A stretch of 63,865 nucleotides of DNA from Octopus bimaculoides (lineage: Eukaryota), in the NCBI RefSeq assembly GCF_001194135.2, contig NC_068995.1, forward strand, positions 16,283,338-16,347,202. Reading direction: 5' to 3'. Below are positions 14,101 through 26,310 of this stretch, piece after piece; within the stretch, counting starts at the first letter, position 1; every line of letters starts with the position of its first letter. Both the position numbers and the translations under genes were made by a program. The notes beneath the pieces were generated by a model that did not search any database, had not been told where the DNA came from, and worked only from the letters and a program-made list of their open reading frames with translations.

Positions 14101-14960
14101 GTAGATGACCGTTAGCTCACGATGAAGCCATCTTCGGTGACTGGAATGCACGTCTACAGATCTCACAACAAAATCCATGGGCATTTTCAGGCAAGCCCAA
14201 ATAATAGCTTCCCAGATTTCCTGCCAGTAGTTGCACTCTTCTCTGCAAATACAGCTTTCCGTAACTGCCTTGACAAACTTTTTCTGCCCAAACCCCACGC
14301 AAAACACGACCACAAATTGGCCACATTTTCATCAAAAGCATCCTGATTTTATTCGAGATTGCAATACCAACACATTTCGTTCATTCGAATCAGATCATCG
14401 GATACTGATTGCCACGATGCAACTGAAGAGCAAAAACCCACCTCAGTATACCTGGTCCTCCATATCCGACCCAGACACTTATACATCCTATATTGAAACA
14501 TGCAAGAATAGACTCACCGAACTAAAAGAAGAACATTCTGACCACTTGGCGGAATACACCACACAATATTCTCGAAGTCTGTTGCGAAAAATGTCCTGAG
14601 AGGATGCCAAAGTTCCGGAAGACTGAAACACTCTAGCAGCCTTGAAACGAGCAAATATAGGGAACTAGATTGCTGCAACACTAATGCTGTAGCTGCCTCG
14701 TCCTTAGATTTAGCTCAGCAATACAGTGCAAAACAAAAACGAAAAAGAAACGTACATTGAATAGCAAATCAAGAGTATAAAAGTAGATAACAATAGACAA
14801 ATCACCACAGTATGGGAGGTCATAAATAATTTGTCTAGTCGCAAATCTTAGCCAGCATAGAATATAAAGGTAAGTAGCTCGCAATATTGACTAGCTGAGT
14901 ATCTTTAAAAAGCTACTCAACAGCAACTCAGCTACCACAGACAATTTTGTTGGGACATCA
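14101..14960 (+). mobile_element. RTE-type LINE AP-endonuclease C-half and linker, truncated before the RT
   Basis: IFGDWNAR (14136-14150), LFSANTAF, FESDHRILIATMQLK (SDHR at 14390-14401), VWEVINNLSSRKS. Confidence 0.88.
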
Positions 14961-15699
14961 ATCTCTTGTTCTCTGTAGTATATTGCAATATTTCCGTGTT
15001 GTTTATATTAAATACAAAAATAAAAACCTACCTGAGCAAGCCTAAAATCCAAGGTACTACACATACGAGAAGCTTTTTAATTAAAAAAAAATATTTTATC
15101 ATATATAAGACTACATTATTTAATATATCCTTCCTAATTTTAAGACTCTAGAACATTGGGCTGCTATTTGGAATAAGAGCGTTGAATCTCTCTTGCTGGT
15201 TCCTTCTTGTAAATGTATTGCGAACCGACATGCAAGTGCCGTGTTTGTATAACTGTAAGAATCTTAAAGTTTTATAATTCTTGACTGCATAAAACCTGTA
15301 GATAATATTGATTTCTAAAAGAATTATTGATTTCTTTGTGAAGTTTGTTCAGTGATTTACTATTTTTTCTTTAACTTATCTTTCTTCTTTTTTGTTGATG
15401 GTTAGGAAGCTTGAAATATTAGTGTTTCTGTAAAAAAGAAATCATTCGTGCTAGATTATGATTATGTAACGCAAGCTGTGTTCTAGAGTTATTTGATAAT
15501 TTGCTAATCTATTTTAAGTAGACCAAAAGTAAATATGTTTGTGCATAAATGACTACAGCTGCTGTTACTGCGAGAAACAAATGCAGAGAATTACCAAATA
15601 TTTTTATTTAGCTCAAAACTTCGAGTTCGGTGTTCGAAGAACAAGTTTAGCTAATACAGTGTCAATTCGACCATCCAGGTTTCATTAAAACGTCCTACC

Positions 15700-17265
15700 T
15701 AACTACTTCCAGATTGAAGGTACGGAACTTTTTTTAGTTTGGACAATATTATTGTTCTTTCAAAGATCAACAAACATTTTGAGATATAAATTAGGATCAT
15801 AAATTCGAATGGATTGAGGCCTGAGTACCTGAAGCCTGAGACATGAAGCCTGAGACATGAAGAATTTTGAAGACATCGTATTTTTGTAACAGTAAAGTGA
15901 AACCTTAAGTATAGATCTATCATCAGAGCAAGAAGCCGTAAGTGTTATATGACGGTAGAGGACTTTTAAAATCGATAGCTAGAGGCTTACATTAGCACAT
16001 GAACTTGGTAAGCTCTGCATGACGTGGATTGTCCAATCCTGTTTTCAATTCGCAACATAAGATGCATTCGTCACAAGTGTTTCTAACAACTTCTACAGAA
16101 AGTAGCAAGTTCTCCTAGCGTCATAATCGTATCGCTCAATGATAACATAAAAGCTTATACAGATGTACGAGAGGATGCTATACAGGAACACCTGGTAAGA
16201 ATATCAGCAGCTATATTATCTTTATCAGTCATGTGGCATATGCCACTATTGTGGGGTGATAATTCAATGTCGCAACGAGGAGTCCTGCTTCTTTTTATAT
16301 TTCTTCTACATTTCTGGCTAAATATGGATGAGACTAATTATTGATCAGTGTGTAATATAAAGTGGTCTCTAAGTAGAAAAGTTCATTTCCCAATACTTTC
16401 TATGATAGAAATAGTTTCCTTTTCAGATGACGAGAAATTTGGCTCAAGACGAAACCGGTGTGAAATGACATCCGAAATTGTAGTTTCAGCAACGTTGATC
16501 TCAGCATATAGTAACAATTTATGTAAGGTCAGTACGAAAGAAAGGTATTAACTATTGAAGTTTGAAGCAAATAAAAAGTGTCTTTTTCTACAATGGTGAT
16601 GTAGAATTTCGACGGGGGTTGTTTAGTTCCGAGGGAGAAGTCCCCTGTTCAGAGTAGTAACTACATAAAACCAGTCGTCGTTGATACTATTTAACATGGC
16701 TAGGCCTCAGGTAATCAAACAGGGAGTTTTAAGCTTTTTGGATCAGATAGTAGAAAATTATTTTCTCTTTTGTAGCCTAGGTAACAAATGGATGTTTAGC
16801 AGAGAAGATATTTGATGTTATTGTTCAGTGAAATGCTGAGTCTTTTAATAATCGATATAAATTAAGCCAAGTTCCTATTGTGTTTCTTAATAGGTCTGTC
16901 AATGACAATAACATTATCGAGATAGGTACAGACTCCTTTGATTCCTTTGTCAACAATTATAATATTTATCACACATTGAACAATACTCACAACATCGGCT
17001 TGAAACGTAGCGTAACTCGCATCGTCGTTGTGGAATGGAATCTGATAGTATGCTGCTTTCAGATTCAGTTTGCTGTAAAATTTAATGTGGAAAATAGAAC
17101 GCCTGAGATCTTCAGTATTAGGAAATGGTTAATCTAGAAAACGGTAGCAATTTATCATTTGTGAAGAACCGATAAGAGGGCGTTGTTTAATACGACTTTT
17201 TGCTAATATCACTTCTGTTCAGTATAGAAAAACTGAAGGCTCAATCATGCAATCACCAAGGGGTC
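15700..17265 (-). mobile_element. Gypsy/Ty3 LTR retrotransposon pol relic (RT, RNase H, integrase)
   Basis: Minus strand: MIEPS..., LNLKAAYYQIP (17042-17068), YLDNVIV (16913-16924), ICYLGY, EKETISIIE...HTDQ (16341-16352), NIAADILTR (16191-16217), IDFKSPLP (15953-15976). RT-RH-INT order indicates Gypsy; many stops. Confidence 0.9.
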
Positions 17266-17269
17266 ATTA

Positions 17270-17715
17270 AGTTTCTTTATCTTTTATCTGTTACTCGTTT
17301 CAGACATTGGACTGTGGTCATACTGGGGCATCACCATGAAAGTTTCACTCAAACAAATCGACCCCAGCACTTATTTTTTCTAAAGTCTGGTGCTTATTCT
17401 ATCAGTATCTTTTGCCGGATCGCTAAGTTGTAGGGATAGAAACAAGCCAACACTTCCTGTCAAGCAGTGGTGGTAGGAAACGCAAATACAAACTCAAATA
17501 TACACACATTCAAGCACGCACGCACACACACACACACACACATGCTACACATGCTCGCGCGCGCACACTCATATCCGTATGTTCCCGAACAGTTTCCGTC
17601 TACGAAATTTAGTCAGGACTATAATAGAAGACACTTGCTCAAGTGCTGCATAGTGAGACTGAACCACATGGCTGCAAAGCGGGCTTCCTAGCCACACAGC
17701 CATACCTGCACCTGT
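17270..17715 (-). mobile_element. SINE family D inserted in the Gypsy relic
   Basis: Tail, (CA)n linker and head match family D. Confidence 0.8.
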
Positions 17716-18189
17716 TAATAAACATTCCATCACGTCAAAAAAATTAAGCAAGATTGGTTTCAAATTATTTTAATGTTTGGAAAACGCGAAGACTGTTCAC
17801 CAATACGAGATTTCAAGCAAGAGTAAAATATTTCAACTCGTCAGAGTGGAAATATATAACAGATTCATATTATGTAAGACAGACTTGTTACAAAATCGTC
17901 GAAGGACACAAGGTGAACAAAGCATTAACTGCTTTGTTCAGCTTGTGTTCTTCGATATGCGCTTATTCATATAGATATAAAAACAACAAATAATAGCTTA
18001 TTTAAGTCTTGTATTTGGTTTGCAAGATTCTTGATTTGAACTCGTGTGCTGAAACAGATCTTTCTGAATCTATGGAGGGTCATTATGTCAATACTAAACA
18101 CATACACTGGCTCTAGTTCACTTCTTTTATCAATACAAGGCGGTGAGCTGGCAGAAACATTCGCATGCCGAGCAAAATGAACAATTCTC

Positions 18190-18600
18190 AACCACGGCTA
18201 TGTATAGGCGCGGGCATGGCTGTGTAAAGATGTTCGATTTGCAACTATGAAGTGGTTTGTGTTCCAGTCCCACAGCGTAAAATTCTGGATGTCTTCTTTT
18301 GTAGCCCCGGCTCGACCAATGTCTTGTGAATGAAATTGGTTGACGGAAACTGTATGGAAGCCCGTCGTATATATGTGTATATGCATGTTTGTGTTTGTGC
18401 GTGTGCATGTGTGTGTATGAGTTTGCATTTGCGTTTGTGTCTACCTCAACGTAGTGACAACTGTTGTTGGTTTATTTACATCTCTGTGAACTAGCGGTTC
18501 GGCAAAAGAAAGTGATGAAATAAGTACCAGTTATTTTTAACAAATGAGTACTGGGTTCCAATTATTTGACTAAACCCTTTAAGGTAGTGCCCCAGTATGA
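18190..18600 (+). mobile_element. SINE family D inserted in the Gypsy relic
   Basis: gcgggcatggctgtgt head through ccccagtatg tail. Confidence 0.8.
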
Positions 18601-18619
18601 TCGGATCAATTAACAGATA

Positions 18620-18830
18620 AAAGATAAAGGGTGATGATTATGTTGAATATGGTCAGATGAAATCTCAGAAAGAAATGAATCTCTAATGCTCTCCTCTCGG
18701 TATACATCAGCGGTTATAGCCCGAAATTTACAGTTTTTGGCGAGGCTGCATAGATTCTGTGATATAAATTTCAATGTCTTCACTTGTTTACTGTGTTTCG
18801 TGACTGCAATTTGAATTTGCGAAAATTGTA
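18620..18830 (-). mobile_element. Gypsy gag-like fragment
   Basis: ORF 18610-18879 contains LAKNCKFRAITADVYREESIRDSFLSEISSDHIQ, resembling gag LxKxCxFxAxTAxxYREExIRDxF; colinear with the pol relic. Confidence 0.65.
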
Positions 18831-19009
18831 TTCTGCCGTTTAATGAAGATGCGGAAAGAGAGTAATATAGTCGATACAATCCATAATACGACTGAAAATT
18901 GAATGTGAGATGACATTAATAAGCAGAATGAGTCTTTGTTGTTCATAGAGAGATGTGGTCAAAGAAAATTCTCCATTGTTGCTTTTAATGTTATGCTTCT
19001 CTACGGAAA

Positions 19010-19250
19010 AAGCAGCGAGTTGGCAGGATTGTAAACGCCTTGGACAAAACGCTTAGCGTCATTTTGCTCTAGCTCTTTACGTTTTGAGTTCCAATTCCGC
19101 CGAGGTTAACAGACCTTGGCAGAATTGCCTTTCGTCATTTCGCGGTCGATAAAATAAAATACTAGTCGATTCCTGGGGGTCGATGTAATCAACTAACGCC
19201 TCCCCACTAAAGTTGTTGCGATTGTGCTGAAATTTGAAACAATATTTGGA
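19010..19250 (+). mobile_element. tRNA-derived SINE family C
   Basis: gcagcgagttggcag head; ttctgagttc...ccgccgagg; tcgataaaat. Confidence 0.8.
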
Positions 19251-19446
19251 GCTTCTTCAAAAACGCACCTCTTTAATTAAATCAAAGGCAATGAAGAAAA
19301 AAGTTATGAAAATGGATAATATATACAAAATAAATGATGAATGCAAAAAGTTAGAAAGATTCATCCATTTTCAAATGTTTTATATTAAAAAATAAAACAG
19401 AAACGGGAAACAGGTACTCGTGGGTATATAAACAAACATGTCGAAC

Positions 19447-19795
19447 AATACAAGGGGCAGTAATTTACTTTTTAAGGTTTGGGTTGGTTTTAGGGTTGGG
19501 GTTAGTGTTAGGGATAGGGTTAGGGTTAGAGCTAGGGTTAGGGTTAGTGTTAGGGTTAGGGTTAGTGCTAGGGTTAGGGTTAAGGTTCGTTTTAGGGTTG
19601 AGGTTAGGGTTAAGGTTAGTGTTAGGTTTAAGGTTAAAGTTAAGGATAGGGTTAGTTTCAGGGTTGGGGTTAGGGGAAAGATTAGGGTTAGGGTTAGGGT
19701 TAGTGTTAAGGTTAGGGCTAGAGTTAGGGTTAGTTAGGGTTAGGGTATCATTAATAATACCTGATTGGTTAAAGTAGGTTACCGCCCCTTGTATT
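19447..19795. mobile_element. MITE-like element with 17-bp inverted repeats around a degenerate (TTAGGG)n array
   Basis: aatacaaggggcagtaa (19447-19463) and ttaccgccccttgtatt (19779-19795) are 16/17 complementary; TTAGGG-like array at ~19474-19746. Confidence 0.75.
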
Positions 19796-20310
19796 CACAT
19801 TCTACGAGTTTCTGTTTTATTCTTTAGTGTAAAATATTTAAAAATATGGAAGAATCTTTCTAATTTTTTGCATACATCATTTATCTTGTATATATTTTCC
19901 ATTTTCATAACTTTCTTCTTCATTGCATTTGATTTAATTGGAGAGGTGCGTTTCTAAAGAAGCGACCAATATTTCATTACCGAAAAACGTAGGCTGGTGT
20001 ATTTTTTTTTTTTACTGAACTTGTGTAAATAGGTGTTTTCAAGTTTGAAGTTAAGTATATTGTTGTGATAAGAAACAAGCACCGAGAATAAAATCGTTCG
20101 ATTTATTTAGTTTAACCGTTCAACTTCAGTATTTCAGATGCAAGTGTAAGGTATGTACACCTCGATAAAAAGCAACAATATTGATTTATTGTAGATAAGT
20201 TACATAAGAAATTAAACTTAACCGATATATGAGTAAATAAATTTGTGTAAGGAATGCTCTCTAAAGAGATTTTTACGATAACATTAGAATTAATGTAATA
20301 GGCATGAGAA

Positions 20311-20324
<14 letters not shown>

Positions 20325-20357
<33 letters not shown>

Positions 20358-20385
20358 GAAAGAGAGAGAGAAAGATAAAGAGACA
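20325..20385. repeat. (AG)n microsatellite
   Basis: Directly visible. Confidence 0.95.
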
Positions 20386-22512
20386 GACTCTTTTTAGAAA
20401 ATTTTAAAGGTGTTTATTTTTTAAAAGGAAAAATAACTTAGGAAAAAACTATAATAACTTAATGTATATTTTAACTATGATAATAATTACCGAAAAGGAA
20501 CTCAACAAAATCGATATTATTATTCTTCGCTTCAAAAGGCACAAAAACGTTCTAAAATAAGACATTTTTATTGTAATTTAGAATTATTGTTGTCTATCTC
20601 AATAATGATATTAGATAACGCACTTACGGGCGACGAGTTAGCAGAGCCGCTACAGCATTGGATTGGATGTTCTGCATTATTTGTTACAAAGCTTTGCACT
20701 CTGAGTTCATATCTCAGCGAGATCAAGATTGCCTTTTATCTTTTCGAGGTCGATAAAAATATACCGCTGCATAATGGTGGTTGGTGCAAGTGTAAGAACG
20801 TTGTACTGGATTCCTTGCGTTATTTGTTCCGGATCTTTGCGTTCGAAGTTAAAGTGCAATTCCCTTGACTGAGTTCGTAGATAAACTTAATGTGTCGCTC
20901 GGTGTAACATTATCACATAGCACGGTGTGTGCCTTTAATGAACTCCACTCTGTTGTCTCCCTCTCACCTGTTTCCTTTACAAGTCCTTTGACCGAAGGCG
21001 TTCTATCCATGACCTTTATTATGTATCTAGGACCGTTATTATGTATCTGAGGTATTATGTATCTAGGGCTACATCATTCGTTTCCGAAGCAATAAGATGA
21101 AATTTGAAGTTGGTTTGGCAAATGTTGATAATGATACTGGTGTGCGTTGAGTTAATAAGCGTGGTGAATTTTGTAATGGCATTCATAGATATGTTGGGGA
21201 GGAAAGTTTTAATCTGAATGTTTTTGTAATATATTATTGGTATTAGTTTATGATTATGCATAATGCAAGATGCGTACAGCATTTTGAATTATTTGATCTT
21301 TTCATATATTCTCGGGAGAACAAAGGTAAAAATATTCATACATCAATTTTTAGAGACAGTTACAGAAGAAATTATCATTTATCAATATTTTAACGAAGCT
21401 TTTAGAGAAATACATTCAATAGTTCTTGAATTCATTGTGCAAGGAATGCACTGATAAAAGATTTTTAAGATTTAACTAACTTTGAAGAAAGAAAGAAATA
21501 ATTATATGAATAAATAAATATTTTTATAAATTTGTTCTTACTATTTTGAAGGCATTTTCAAAAGGAGCGATATTTTATGAAACGAATTTACGATGCTTTT
21601 ATGCGTATCTTAATTCTGACAATTATTACGAAGTTCAAACCACATCGAACAAGAAAAGAACTGAACGGGAACGAATTTGCGATTCTATGATTCTAAAGAT
21701 TTTGTGTTTTATCTGTGGCTTTTTCACACAAAATTATTTCTAAACAAAGCTACTTTTACTATAATTTTTTTTTTAGAAAAAGATGGACATATGTTATTTT
21801 CTCAAAAGCAGAAACCAAACTTTTACCTTCCTAAGTTAAAGATACTCTCTTAACAAATAATATATGTATGTTTCTATGTCTGTGAAAGACGAATTTAACA
21901 AATAATTCCTTCTATTATAGGCATAAGGCCCGATATTTTTTTGGCGGTGGGGACGGATAGTCGATTACATAGTTCCCAGTGCTCAACTAGTGCGTATTTT
22001 ATCCATTTCGAGAGAACGGAAAGCAAAGTCAACCTCGGCGGAATTTGAACTTAGATCGTAAACCGAAAGAAATGCCGCTAAATATTTCTGCTCGACGCGC
22101 CAATGCTTCTACCAGTTCGCCGCCTTAAAATTTAGCAAATACTAAAAAGAAAGTAAAATTTCAGTTGCAGAAAGTTTAGCAAATTTTAGATTCCTGTACC
22201 TTATATGTATACCATTCTGCCTAAATAATGAAACTGAAGATAAAATATCCCTGCATATCTCACGTCTATTTTCATTCCTTNNNNNNNNNNNNNNNNNNNN
22301 NNNNNNNNNNNNNNNNNNNNNNNNNNNNNNNNNNNNNNNNNNNNNNNNNNNNNNNNNNNNNNNNNNNNNNNNNNNNNNNNNNNNNNNNNNNNNNNNNNNN
22401 NNNNNNNNNNNNNNNNNNNNNNNNNNNNNNNNNNNNNNNNNNNNNNNNNNNNNNNNNNNNNNNNNNNNNNNNNNNNNNNNNNNNNNNNNNNNNNNNNNNN
22501 NNNNNNNNNNNN

Positions 22513-22710
22513 TCCTGGTTTTAAGATTTTCGCGGAAGTCCTGGTTGGAGACCCAACATTCTGAGTTCTTTTACAGGACTTAGAGAAACTGAAGGACCAC
22601 TGCAATAAGTGTATGAATCTGAGAAGTGAATACGTTGAATAAAATCATAATTAACTGAACCTCCCGTATTTTCTTTTACCCAAAACCAGGAACCTTTCGG
22701 CACTCCATCG
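22513..22710 (+). mobile_element. Mariner transposase C-terminus and 3' end
   Basis: LQDLEKLKDHCNKCMNLRSEYVE* resembles the mariner ending LxxRWxKCxxxxGEYVE*, followed by a TIR-like ccaggaacctttcggcac. Confidence 0.6.
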
Positions 22711-23531
22711 CATAAAGTAAAATAAGTTTCAAATTTTGGTACAAGGCCAGAAATTTTGGTGGAAGGGGTAAGTTGCTTACAATACTTATTTTTCGATCCC
22801 GAAGAGGATGAAAAGCAAAGTTGACCCCGGCGGAATTTGAACCCAGAACGTAAAGATGGATGAAGTACAGTTAAGCATTTTGCCCGGCGTGCTAACGATT
22901 CTACCAGCTCGCTGTCAAGATGTATAATGTAATATTACCATGCATGAATATAAAACTAACTTATTAACATACTTAAATGAGCAACATTGTTCAGTTTGTC
23001 AGTTTTGTTTTCTGTGATGGTACAAATATAAATTGGAGCCTTTTTAAGATTCATTAAAAGGCAACAGTTCTAGAAATCCATATGAATCTAAAACAATGTT
23101 ATTAACATACACGAAATGACAGAACAATTAGAGTAACATACATAAAGGTACTGCACTTGTTATTAACATACATCAATGTACAATATGTTGATATATGAAT
23201 ATTAATGGCACGGATATGCCCGTTATCTTGGGTTAGATCTAATTATAATATACAGATGGTTAAACATCTAAATGCAGTGGAAATGACATAATCTAGTTGT
23301 ACAGATAATGCATAAACTTAGCATATAACGGCATGGGACCACATTGTTTGAAATTGCCATGTGTTGTGATGAGAGACACGATGCTCCCTTGCGAGAAATA
23401 GACTGGACAGAGCGATTATAAATAGTAGTGGTCGGAGTGAAGTTTGCGTGTTAGTTCGAGTTGAGTTCGCAGTGAAGTCGGAAAGTGTCGGTTGGTTAGT
23501 TCGTTGGGAATATTGATAGTTGGTTCGTGAG

Positions 23532-23900
23532 TGGAGGCCCAGAGGTTAGGGCAGCGGACTCGCGATCATAGGATCGCGGTTTCGATTCCCAAACCGGGCG
23601 TTGTGAGTGTTTATTGAGCGAAAACACCTAAAGCTCCACGAGGCTCCGGCAGGGGATGGTGGCGAACCCTGCTGTACTCTTTCACCACAACTTTCTCTCA
23701 CTCTTACTTCCTGTTTCTGTTGTGCTTGTAATTCAAAGGGCCAGCCGTGTCACACTGTGTCACGCTGAATATCCCCGAAAACTACGTAAAGGGTACAGGT
23801 GTCTGTGGAGTGCTCAGCCACTTGCACGTTAATTTCACGAGCAGGCTGTTCCGTTGATCGGATCAACTGGAACCATCGCTATCGTAACCGACGGAGTGCC
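23532..23900 (+). mobile_element. SINE family B, full length
   Basis: tRNA-like head (ggcccagaggttagggc...ggtttcgattccc), central module, tail gatcggatcaactggaacc...gacggagtgcc, then (AAC)n. Confidence 0.9.
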
Positions 23901-25799
23901 AACAACAACAACAGTTGGTTCGTGAAGAGATTGTTGGATAGTTACGTTATTACGGCTGCATGTATGTATGTATTTATGTATCTATGTATGGACGAATGGA
24001 TAAATGTGTGGGTATGTGTAACCAACACTCCCGACCCCTCTTTCTAATATCTGCCACACCAACCGTTTCTCTTCTAGCCATCCTACCTCACAATTCATTC
24101 CTCCCTCTCTGTCTCTCCCAATTACTGCCGTTACTTAGGCAGTAGCCTCGCAGAATCATTACCGTGCTGGGAAATATTTTTAGCGACATTCCGTTCGCTT
24201 TTACGTTCTGAGTTCAAATTTCGTGGAGGTCTGATTTGACGTTGTCTTCCATCCTTTCGGGGTTGATAAAATTGCCGGCCTTGTGCCAAAATTTGAAGCC
24301 AATCTCTGCGATTACGTCCTCCTCTCCTTCACTACTCCACCCTAGAACCCATTCATTTCTTCACTTCCATTGGTCATTACAGCACTCTACCAAACAGTAT
24401 CTAAAACATCAAAGATAATCAAACTTACCAACTTCGTAATCCTGTATTCTTATAAAGCAATTAACACCATATTTTTCTCTTATACTCATAAACTCAACTA
24501 CCAAACGTGCCAAAATAATATCTATATCTGTAACAGCAGCTTTGTATGGTAAGAATGGTACACCCACCACTATATCTCTTCAAACAGGGCATATAATCTT
24601 TTCTACTCTAGACACAAGGCCAGAAATTTTGGGGAAGCGGGACCAGTCGATTAGATCGACCCCAGTAGGTAACTGGTACTTAATTTATCGACCCCGAAAG
24701 GATGAAAGGCAAAGTCGACTTTGGCGGAATTTGAACTCAGAACGTAAAGACAGACGTAATACCGCTAAGTATTTCGCTCGGCGTCCTAATGTTTCTGACT
24801 GCTCGCCGCCTTAAACATGGCATATAATAACATCTGATCACATTTCTTGATGACTAAAATACGAAGATGAAATCAGTCAATACCACAAGTATTAATTTAT
24901 CCTTCAAGACTCAAATAAAGACTTTATATTCAACCAACTGAGGGTTCTGATGGTCCTCTGGATTGCTATGCAATAATCGTTGGTAAAATATCATCCCTTA
25001 TGTTCTGCTTGCTTCAGTTTGTCTGTAATAGTACAGAATTAAATAAATTTGTTCTTCATTTCCAAACAAGTAGAAGTTGCAATCAACCTCCCTCGGACTA
25101 CACATTACATTATTTGAAACAGAAAAACTAATAGAAAAAAAAAATGAACACTCCATGCTGTATCTCTGAAAAAGTCGGTATGAATACAGTTGGAAAACGT
25201 GTAACCAGGGCTGACCTGAACTAAACAAACAACGTCTTCACATGATACTGATGTCCATTATAATTCGATTTAGATCTTGGAGGTTTTATAAAAGTATTTA
25301 ATCGATTCCAATACTTGGAAGGTATTGTATTTTATTTTATCGATCTTGGAAAGATAAAAGGCAAATTTTATCTCGGTAGGATTAGAACACGGAAATTTTA
25401 AAACGCCATAGCCAAATGCTGAGACATTTTGTCCATCGCTTAACTGATTCTAAGAGTAATCGATATAATTCATGATGTCTGTTATTAGTCTAAGGTGGTA
25501 ATAGATATTGATGATAACAACACCAACGCGTCTCTACGTTGGTTAATCGATTTGCTGGACATATCGCTAAAAACACCATAAATAATACACATTACATTAC
25601 AAAATGCAGGGCCGGGGCTGGGGTGTATGCCTAAAAAAGAAAAGGATAGATGGAGCGATTAGGGCTGAAATGTCTTTGATTATGGCTTTGCTCAATCAGG
25701 GCGGATTTAAGGGGATTAATAACAGTAAAGGAATATAGATAATCTTGGTAAAAAAAATATTTGCTCTGTCGGTGGAATACTATATATAGATCAATTATT

Positions 25800-25993
25800 T
25801 GTTTCTGTCATTAACCTGCGGCCACGCTGGGGCACTAAAATTCTTCAAGACAGTTGTCTTGAAGAAATTTAGTGGAATGAATCAACCACCGCCACTTTCT
25901 TAAGCCTGTTCTTTATTCTAGCCGTCTCTTTTGCCGAACCGCTAATTTACAGGGACGTAAACACACCAAAACCGGTTGACTAGCGGTGGCAGG

Positions 25994-26042
<49 letters not shown>
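25800..26042 (-). mobile_element. SINE family D tail running into (CA)n and a gap
   Basis: gccgaaccgctaatttacagggacgtaaacacacc matches the family D tail. Confidence 0.75.
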
Positions 26043-26269
26043 NNNNNNNNNNNNNNNNNNNNNNNNNNNNNNNNNNNNNNNNNNNNNNNNNNNNNNNNNN
26101 NNNNNNNNNNNNNNNNNNNNNNNNNNNNNNNNNNNNNNNNNNNNNNNNNNNNNNNNNNNNNNNNNNNNNNNNNNNNNNNNNNNNNNNNNNNNNNNNNNNN
26201 NNNNNNNNNNNNNNNNNNNNNNNNNNNNNNNNNNNNNNNNNNNNNNNNNNNNNNNNNNNNNNNNNNNNN

Positions 26270-26310
<41 letters not shown>

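Noticed and set aside
14865-14876. Strong donor aag|gtaagt
   Set aside because: It lies inside the RTE LINE relic, with no exon support.
17918-17942. 10-bp inverted repeat gaacaaagca/tgctttgttc
   Set aside because: It is short, lies within the Gypsy relic and has no supporting context.
19474-19746. True telomere or chromosome fusion site
   Set aside because: The array is internal, short, highly degenerate, in one orientation and bounded by inverted repeats.
19438-19777. RVRV- and LGLG-rich ORFs
   Set aside because: They are translations of the degenerate TTAGGG array.
20138-20150. 13-nt microexon tttcag|ATGCAAGTGTAAG|gtatgt
   Set aside because: The splice signals are plausible, but it is isolated with no partner exons; such matches are expected by chance in AT-rich DNA.
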